Below are positions 25,943 to 36,016 of a stretch of DNA of 64,000 nt, one piece after another. The stretch's first letter is position 1. Every line of letters begins with the position of its first letter. The notes beneath the pieces are model-generated. The model saw only the letters and a program-made list of their open reading frames with translations, was not told where the DNA came from and did not search any database. The position numbers were made by a program, and so were the translations under genes. This DNA comes from Geosiphon pyriformis uo1 (Eukaryota; Fungi; Glomeromycota). The stretch covers positions 74,733-138,732 of the forward strand of contig JAAOMT010000261.1 in assembly GCA_016748015.1 (NCBI GenBank). The letters are read 5' to 3'.

Positions 25943-26797
25943 TATTACTTATAAAATATAAAAAATATATTAGCATATAAATTAGCCAATCAGAAGTAGC
26001 CATAGTAAATATGAAATTCCAAGATTCCTTTCAAAAAGAATTGCAGGATTCCAGGAATTTCAAGATTCTTATTCAAAGAAATTACAAAATTCCAGAATTC
26101 CAAGATTTCTCTCAAAAAAAATTGCAGGATTCCAAGAATTTCAGGATTCCTGGTGTAAAGAATTGAAGAATTAAGGAATCTCAATTATGTATATATAGTG
26201 ATAGTATTAGAAATAGAAAAGACAGACCTCTTAAGTTTAGATTTGATCTAAGCAACTTTCCATTCACAAATATCAATAAATAATTATTCACTATCTCAAT
26301 CTACTTTCCACTATCAACATTTCATGTTGATAGTAATTGATACTTGACCACACTAGAACAATAGCTCTTGATCACAGCTATTGATGGAATACTAATATTT
26401 ATTGCCTTGGCTTATTTTCTCATTTATTTTTTTTATTTTTGTTATTTCTTTATTTTACTAATTGAATGAAAATTAAGCACTGAGTTATTGACATCAAGGT
26501 TAGCCTAGTAAAAGACCCCAAAAAAAGAGTATAGAAATTAAAAATTTAAGAATAGCTTACCAGAAGGACATCTCTGCCAGATTACCGGCTACCATACTGA
26601 GAAAAAAATTTGATAGAATTGCGATTCTAGAAGACTATGGGAAAGACAACAACTGAATCTCTGTCCATTATACAAAAGACTCTACAACAAAACCTTCAGA
26701 TCCACAAGCCCTTCAGATACCAATGCCAAAATATTAATTGAGCACCAAGTTACAAGTTTGTTATTTGCTTTAAGACTCCAAATAATCATCTGTAACA
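25943..26797 (+). repeat. 5' LTR (TG mutated to TA)
   Basis: Colinear with 35162-36016; ends TGTAACA. Confidence 0.92.
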
Positions 26798-26858
26798 TTT
26801 GGTGCTTCCTGTAAGGTATAATCCTACAGAGAACCAGCACTAACTACATCCATCCAAA

Positions 26859-29560
26859 GTGGCAGAATCAAAATCAATAGGAGCAAATCATCTAGGATTC
26901 GCCAAAGTCTTGTTTCAACAGTACAGCCAACAATTAGAATTAAACAATAACTATTTCCCAGCAGAATTAGCCTTCAACTTTTATGTCAATAATAAAATCA
27001 CAGACTGCTTAGGAGGAACAGTTGACATTGAATTTACAAGAGAAAACTTTTATACAGAATTATTTTAACACACTAGCTTACTAAGAAACTACAGTTTTAC
27101 ACCAATCATCAGGGAAATCAATCAAACCATTGAAAGGTATACACAACAATAATTCTCTATCACTTATGCAGACAAAGGCAAAGGAAAGTTGCAAACACCA
27201 GCAGTAACCCCAAAACAGATACAACCACCCATTTGAAAGAAAACCAGAGTTGAATTACCAATCCACCCATCATACCATTATACTTCAGGAAGTGCTATCA
27301 ACATCTTATTAGCAGATATATCCACATCACACATGACATCAACATTTAGATGACTCTCATTTCAAAGTAAACAAAAGAAAACAGAATTATTAGGAACCTA
27401 TGGTGATTATTTTGAAGGATTTAAATCACGATTGCCAATGCCATTAAGATTCCAATCACCACCACCTCAATCAGATTTCAGAAATGCGAGTCCCTGAGAG
27501 ATAATGGAATCAGAAGAGGAGGAAGAAGAAGAAGCCAAAGATCAAAAATTTACTTATTAGAACCTGATTCCAGAAAACCTGAACATTGAAATCCCAAACT
27601 TTTAGACTCAGCAAGATCCAAATTTAGAAAATCTGGAAATTGAAACTCCGAACTTTCAAACTTCTCAAAATTAGAACAATACAAACCCCAAAACAATTAA
27701 TAATCAACAATACCTACCTCCAATAATTGTTATCAACCTACCACCAGTTGCTCCACAACAACAGCCATTGCTACAACTCCAAATTCAATTACCACTTCAA
27801 CACCTACAGCAAATAAACATGAATCCAATGGCCTATGCTCCAATAGCAAACTTGAGAAATTCACAGGAGAAGAGGATGACACTCAAATATGGCTCAATAA
27901 CATTAAAAAAGCCATCACCACCAATAAATAAAATGATACCAGAGCACTTTAAGCTATCCCCTATTTCTTACAGGATACCACCAACTTGTGGTATCAAAGT
28001 TTAGCCACCAAACCTCAAACATTCTAGAAATTTAAAGTTGTATTCTTGGGATATTTCAGTAATAATAACAGTATTAATTACCTAGCCAACACTTTTACCA
28101 CAATCAAACAAAAAAAAACTAAAGCAGTTACCATTTACTTGGGACATTTTCACAGGAACTTGTATCAAATTCAAGCAATTCAAGCTGACTATTTTACAGT
28201 ACCACAGATTCTAAATCAGTTTATCTATGGACTGCACAGTAGCCTTCTCCAACATGTATGTCCAATACACTCACAAACTCTTCAGGCCGCAGTCACCAAT
28301 ACAAGAGATTTTGAATCGGCAGAACTTAAAGCAAACCATGTCCAAGCCATTAATCTAGTAATGAATATATTATCTAAATTGGATTCCAAATTGAAACAAT
28401 TTAGTAATTTCATTAACCAGAAGCTTAAAGGGTACTTAACTAACAATCATGCAATTTATTAACCACCTTAATAATGTAATAACTCTGAAAGCATAAATTG
28501 CTCGCAGAATTAGTCATGTCTATTATCCTCAATCAAACAACAATGGCAGCAAGAAACATGCACTTGCCACTATTGTGGTAAACAAAAACATTTACAGTTT
28601 GAATGCTGTAAATGGCTAAATGAACAAAGATCAAGCCATCAATATTAAAATTCTAATTGCTGACTATAAACTCAGAATTATGTCAGTAATTAATCACCAG
28701 AACTGTATCAACTAAATTACCTATCTATGACACAACAGCCAATCTATCAACCACCAGTTTATCAACTAACAACACCAGTAATTTATCAGCCACAGTCTTA
28801 GCTTATCTATTAGCTGCAGCCCCAAGTAATTTATCAATCTTAACAAATCCAAACACTGCCACAAAACCTATCTCAAAATGGAACCCAAAGGCCAAGACTA
28901 ACACAACAGAACTGGAGATCAGTGATGGTAGTTCATCAACTGATTCTCAGTTTCTCAAACCAGCCATCAGGATTTCAACAACGGAATTCGAACACTGGGT
29001 ACACTCAAAACCCAAATGTCCAACAGTATTTAAGTCTTCTGGTTACTCCAGAAAATGCCTTACCTAACAACCAGGAATCCAAACAAAAACAGCCACTTAC
29101 CAGCAATATTCCACCAGCAACCATCTTTCATAACAAATCTCTAGCAGCTATTTTTTTTTTTGAACTAGAGGAAACCATACCAGTTCCATTATTTAGTAGA
29201 GCCACTTTTGACACCAAACCAATCACCACCATGTACACTAATGCCAAAATTGATGGTTATTTTATCAAGCTCATCCTAAATAGTGGGTCAGTAGGCAGTA
29301 TTATTACCAGGCAACTTATAGATCAATTAGGTTGTCAAGTTAACCATGCTGTCAATGTTAGAATTATAACAGCCAATGGAGCCATAAAAACACCAATTGG
29401 TGAGATTAATAATCTATCCATTGAAATCAATGGCATCATAGTCTCCATCAAAGTACTAATGATAGAAGCTATACAGTACTAAGCACTAGTTGGTAATGAC
29501 TGGCTAGTCAAAACAAATGCCATGCTCAACTAGAACATACAGAAGCTATAACTTAACCAG
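26859..29560 (+). pseudogene. gag and aspartic protease remnants
   Basis: Capsid-like region 27830-28460, zinc knuckle CHYCGKQKHLQFEC (~28565-28606), protease LILNSGSVGSII (D>N) at ~29270. Many stops. Confidence 0.85.
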
Positions 29561-30824
29561 AATGGTTGACACATTTGAGTACCTGCCATGTGTGAACACT
29601 TCAAACCCAGCATCACACTATTAGTCCCACTTATTGAATTTGAGAAAGAAAAAAAAAACCTACTTGGGAAGCCTATCAAGTGTCCTGGGCTAATAAAGAC
29701 TACAATGAGCTACTATTGATACTCTTTTAGAATGACAAGAGAAAAAAAAAACAAACGGAAGAACCTACCTGGAATACTAATCAAATCTAGATAACCAACA
29801 ATGATTAAAATGAAACAACAACTTGGAAGTAGAAAAAAGATAACAATAAAAAAAATGGGAAAGAAAAAGAAAAAAATCCAACCACCACTTATAGCTCATA
29901 TGCTTACTCTGCACCAATGCCATCTAACTATTACTGACTAAAATTAGTCTACATAGATTGCGACAAGAAATTGTTGTCAATGGGCACATGCTGTGGTGAT
30001 AACAAAGAATACTCCACGGCAACAAAATTCTATTGTTACTCATGTTCATAGAATGATTTGGACACCCAAAAAGACAAGGAAAATAAGATAATGAACCTTG
30101 TCTTACATGTAGAACTATTTTTCCAAATGAAAGAATGTGGAATAACATTCCTGGGCAAAGAGGAACGTGTGACAAGACATGCCAGTATATTATTTTGATA
30201 AACAACTGGGTACACAAAAGAACTTCAATCAATGATACCTGAAAAAGAGTGTTGTGACAATTAAAAAGATATCCTTATAACAAACATAAAATCTGAAGAA
30301 TAGCAAGTGTGAAAGCAGAAGGCACCACTACCAGCAAGTTATTAGAAATTAAGAATAATCTACTCTCACTGCCTGAACCTAAATACATCCTCACCTTTGA
30401 CATCTTTGGTAACATTAAAGACAATCCAGAAGAATTCTATAAACACTACTAATGATTAACACTTACTAAGGAAGAACAAGAGCAGTGTTTAGAACAGTTG
30501 AATACTTAATTATGTCAACATTGTTTAATTCTCTGTGACTTTCAATATTGTAATGAGTGTGATCTTATTTACAATCTACTAATCTGCATGATTTACATGA
30601 TCTCAGAAGAAGAGGAACCAATCAGCAGCTGCATATCAGAATTGGAATCAACTTTCAATTCCGATTCAAACTCTGACAATGATAATGACGAAAATAATGG
30701 TTCCAGTTCTACTTAATATGATGGCAAAATTAATAACAATTCGGACTCCAATTCAAATTCCAAAACATATATTGTGCTTCCTGATCTTTCCAAGGAACAG
30801 GTTCAGCAATAATAATGAAAGTAT

Positions 30825-31220
30825 TATGCCAGAATGCACACATAATACTAATGCAGGGTTTGATTTGAGATATCCAGAAAAAAATTTCATTAAATTGGAA
30901 CCCCATTTGTGCACTTACATTGATCTCAAAATAGCACTGAAAATTCTAGCAACAACAATAATTTAGTTAGCATCTAGGAGTAGCTTAGCCAAAAAGAAAA
31001 TCAACATCAGAGAAGGAATAATTGATGCAGAATATATAGGAAATATTATTGTGATGTTACAAAATAACTCAGAAAAGACATATATTATAGATCCAAATAA
31101 AAAAATAACACAGACAATATTCCTGTTTCTGATTAAAATAGCTCAATTAGTATTAGTGGGAAACAGGGAAGAATTAGGGATTACAGCTAAAAGAATACAG
31201 GGATTTGGATCAATGGGTAG
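30825..31220 (+). pseudogene. Trimeric dUTPase domain within pol
   Basis: Motifs I-V are recognisable: NAGFDL, ASRSSLA, GIIDAEYIGNI (=GxIDxGYxG), KITQ (=IAQ), RIQGFGSMG (=RGxxGFGSTG). Confidence 0.9.
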
Positions 31221-31699
31221 AATAGATATACCAGTCAATATGACAAAGAAAAAAATTATTGACAAGATAGAAATTATTTTCACCTGTCAACCAATTTCTA
31301 TTCTATCATATAACCAGTACATGGTAGTTATAAAAAGAAAAGTAAAAGATCAAATACAGATTTTTGAAGTGGAAGCAACATTTTGTAAATCAGGAAAGAT
31401 TGGATTAGTCAATCTACACATACCAGCCAAAAACCACAGCCACATCAAAATTCCCATTTACAACAACACAGGAGATATTATCGAGATACTGGCAGAAACC
31501 ATCATCAAATACTTGACCACAAAAATTGAAAACCAACTTCCAGACACCATTTCAAACTTTCCATAACTGTGTGGATATGTAGACATTACATCACAAACAA
31601 TATATGGATGAGAAGAATGTTATCTGCTTTAATCAGAACAGTTGAAACAAATAAACATAGGAAACTTAGATCCACTACAATGTATACAGCTCAAAATGT

Positions 31700-34440
31700 T
31701 GCTCAACAACTTTAATGACATCTTTGCCAGTAAAAATAAATTTGGCAGAACTAACATCATCTAACACCAAATCAAAATTGGAGATACAATGCCAATCAAA
31801 CAAAAAGCATACAAAGTACCACCAGCCAGCCATGAGATTATTCATCAAGAAATCAATTGGATGCTTGACAATGGGTTAATTCAATCATCAATGAGTCTAT
31901 GGTCATTATCAGTGGTACTAGTTTATAAGAAAAATGGAAAAATCTGCTTTTGTATAGATTACCAAAAGTTAAATGGAGTAACAAAAAAGACAGCTATCCA
32001 ACTCCAAAGATCCAAGAACTTTTTGATGCTTTTGGAGGAAAGAAATGGTTTTTAATGTTAGACTTAGACAGTAATTACTAGCAAGTAGCCATGAAACCAG
32101 AAAACAAAGAGAAAACAGCTTTCACAACTTGAGAAAAAAACTTTGAATTTGAAGTAATGTCATTTGGCTTGATGAATGCTTCAGCCACTTTTCAGCAACT
32201 TATGAAAATTGTTTATACTGGGCTACTATGAAAATCAGTAGTTGTATACTTGGATAACACCAATGTGTTCTCAAAAACATTCGATAATCATCTGCATTAT
32301 CTCCAACAAGTGTTTGAAAAACTAAGAAGAGCCAAATTAAAGCTAAATGCAACCAAATGTTTTTTTGGATAAACTGAACTCAAGTTTTTGGGGCATGTTG
32401 TGAACAAAGATAGAATCAAAATGGATCCAGACAAGATTGAAGTTGTCAAAAACTTTTCAGTACCAAATAATCTCACAGAATTGAGAGCATTCTTGGAATT
32501 TGCTGAATACTACTGTCACTTTATCAAAGACTTTTCCAAAATAGTACAACCACTGTATTAGCTCCAAACAAAGAACACCAAGTATGAATGGACAGAAACC
32601 CAGCAAGAAGCTTTTGATACATTAAGAAGAAAGCTTATTTAAGCTCCAGTACTAATCTATCCAGATCATAGCAAGTCATTCATAATTACAACTGATGCAT
32701 CAGATCAAACATTGGGAGCAGTATTATCTCAGAAAGGACTTGATGGATGAAAACACTCAGTAGTGTACACTAGTAGAAGCTTAAGTCCAGCTGAAAAGAA
32801 CTATAGAACTCCAGCACTAGAACACTTAGCCATTTATTGGGCTGTTATTAAATGGAAAGAATACTTGAGTCAAAAGTTTGAGGTGTATACTGATCACAAG
32901 GAATTGACTTTAATTCAGAAACAAAAATTTGGAGATGACCATTATGCCAGATAGAAAATAGAACTTGCACCATTTAATTATACAGTACATTATAAAAAAG
33001 GAAAAGAAAATGGAAATGCTGACAGATAGTCGTGAATGAAACAAATCTAAAAACATTTCAACTCAAAAATATAACAAAAAATGAATATACAAAAATACCA
33101 ACAACTACAATATTATATAAATACCCAATTGTTCAAGGAGAAATTATCTCAAAAGGAACATAAAACAACAATCAAAATATTTTATCAACCATTAAAATAT
33201 ACTTTACCAAAAGAACAGAAAAAATTCAGATCAACCAACCAGAGTAATTACAGAACCAGAGAAAGAGACAATATTATTCAATATGCACTCAGATCCAACA
33301 GCAGAATATTTTCATAAAGAAGCAATCATGAAAAGAACCAGAAAAAAATATAATTGGCCATCAATATATTCAGACATCATCCAATATGTTCAAAATTGTG
33401 ATGCTTGTCAGAAAAGAGGAGAAACAAGATCCAGTGAACCATTAAGACCAATCAAAGTGGAACAACCATTCGATCATATTGGAATTGACTTAGTTAGACC
33501 ATTAACAATTACCAGTAAAGACAACAGATATATTGCAGTAGCTATGGATTATCTCATCAAATGACCAGAAACAAAAGCTATTCAAAGAGCAGATGCAGAA
33601 TCCATTGCCAAATTCGTTCATCAAGATTTAATATGTCAACATGAATGTCCAAAAAAATTATTATCAGATCAAGGAACTCACTTTGTGAATAGGACATTGG
33701 CAGAATTAAGTCAAAGATTTGGAATAAAAAGACTATTATCATTACCATACCATCTACAAACAAATGAGTTAGTTGAAAAATTTAACAGAACATTGTGTGA
33801 AGCAATTGCCAAGATCAGTCAAGAAAACCAGGATGAATAGAACTTGTTTATATTATTAGTATTATTTGCTTATTAAACAATGAAGCAAAACATTATACAA
33901 GCAACATTATTTAAATTAATATATAGTAAAACAGCAACATTACTAGTGGAGATAGAAGTCAACACTTATTCAACAGAACCAATAACTGAAGACAATTTGC
34001 AGAAAACATTGTTAAAAAGAACATATGACTTAATGGAAACACTAGAAAACAAATGACAAAGTACAGCTAATAATATTCAAAAGTTACAGAAAAAACAAAA
34101 AGAAAGACATAATAATCAACTACCAGATAAACCAGTTGAATTCAAAATTAGAGACAAAGTACTTCTACATAATACTAAAGCAGAAAAACAATGGAGTGGA
34201 AAATTTGACCCCAAATAGGATGAACCATTTCACATAGAAGAAATTCTTAGAAATGGAGCTTATAAATTAAGATGGGACAACAAAATCTTAGCCAAAGCAG
34301 TACATAATAATTGACTGAAACCATATTACCAGATAGTATTAGCATCCACCAGTAATATTCCACAATTAGGAGTACAAAGAATACTAGTCCAATCAGATGA
34401 AATTCCATGAGATCTGGAACCAATCATAATTATTAAATCA
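31700..34440 (+). pseudogene. Reverse transcriptase, RNase H and integrase remnants
   Basis: PIKQKAY, FCIDYQKLN, VYLDNT (YLDD, ~32244), TDASD (~32690), AEKNY, VYTDH, CDACQ, HIGIDLV, SDQGTHF, GPF-like motif at ~34217. Confidence 0.92.
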
Positions 34441-35161
34441 AACACATAAAATTGAACAATAAAAAGAGTATATAAAGACATGATAGATATGACAAAAGAC
34501 TTCAGAAAAATGGAAATTACTGACAATATTCACTCACTAGCACAACAACTCTTCCAACTAATTCAACAACAGAATATGGAAATTACTATCAATCAACAAA
34601 CTATTCAATACCAAGATACCAGAAAAATATCCAAATACAAAAGTCAAAGAAAAACAGAAAACACTATCGACAAAATAATTCTGAAAATAAAATCAGTAAT
34701 AGAAGAACCAACAAGTGTTACCACATATCAAAAGTTGACCAAAGAAACTTGGAAATGATGGATACATGAATTTCCAAGGAACTTTTGTTACTTCCACTTG
34801 GAACAACACTTGAACATTCAGAACTTGTACATAAATAAAACAAAACAATTATTTGACACAACAATACTGCAACAACTGGAACAATTTGTGGGAAAGAACA
34901 ATTTGACTACACAAGCAAGAGCCATTTATCAGCTACATACAAGATTCCAAAACAGACTGGAAATCTTACTTAATCTAGAATTGGACTCTATTACAATTAA
35001 CCAAATGGGAAAAATAACCAACACCCAATTTGAAGAATTACAAAACAAGATAACTTAAGTAATTCTCAAAAAAGAAGTTCAAGAAATACTCAATGACAAA
35101 GAATTAGAGTTAGAAAATTTAAGAGATCTCGACAGAGCTCAATATTAAAAGGAGGAAATAA

Positions 35162-36016
35162 TGTTACTCATAGAATATAGAAAATATATTAGCATATAAA
35201 TTAGCCAATTAAAAGTAGCCATAATAAATGTGGAATTTCAGGATTCCTCTCAAAAAAAATTGCAAGATTTCAAGAATTTCAGGATTCTCATTCAAAGGAA
35301 TTACAAGATTCCAGAATTCCAGGATTCCTCTCAAAAGAAATTGCAAAATTCCAGAAATTCCAGAATTCCTGGTGTGAAGAATTGAGGAATTGAGGAATTT
35401 CAATTATGTATATATAGCGGTAGCATTAGAAATAGAAAAGACAGACCTCTTAAGTTTAGATTTGATCTAAGCAACTTTCTATTCACAAATATCAATAAAT
35501 AATTATTCACTATCTCAATCCACTCTCCACTATCAACACTTTATGTTGATAATAATTGATACTTAACCACACTGAAACAATAGCTCTTGATCATGGCTAT
35601 TGATGAGATACTAATATTCATTGCCTTGGCTTATTTTCTTATTTATTTTCTTTTATTTTTGTTATTTCTTTATTTTACTAATTGATTGAAGATTAAGCAC
35701 TAAGTTATTGACATCAAGATTAGTCTAGTAAAAGACCCCAAAGGAAGGGTATAGAAATTAAAAGTTTAAGAATAGCTTACCAAAAAGACATCTCTGCCAG
35801 ATTACTGGCCACCATGCTAAGAAAAAAATTCAACAGAATTGCAATTCCGGGAGGCTACGGAAAAGACAACAACTGAATTTTTGTCTATTATACAAAAGAC
35901 TTCACAACAAAACCTTCAGATCCACAAGCTCTTCAGATACCAACACTAAAATATCAATTGAGCACCAAGTTATGGGTTTGTTATTTGCTTTGAAACTCCA
36001 ATAATCATCTGTAACA
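35162..36016 (+). repeat. 3' LTR
   Basis: TGTTAC..GTAACA, preceded by the PPT and followed by TSD GCAT. Confidence 0.92.

Larger units (their letters stand above)
25943..36016 (+). mobile_element. Full-length decayed Ty3/Gypsy LTR retrotransposon (family A), gag-PR-Cys-rich-dUTPase-RT-RH-IN plus extra 3' ORF
   Basis: Two 855-bp LTRs; 4-bp TSD GCAT (25939-25942 / 36017-36020); PBS TGGTGCTTCCTGT at 26800; PPT AAAAGGAGGAAATAA before 35162; domain order RT-RH-IN. Confidence 0.95.

Noticed and set aside
25990-26184. Repeated 64-aa ORF (also 35209-35403) and regularly spaced repeats resembling a CRISPR array or small gene
   Set aside because: It lies in the U3 tandem array of the two LTRs; there are no unique spacers and the context is eukaryotic.
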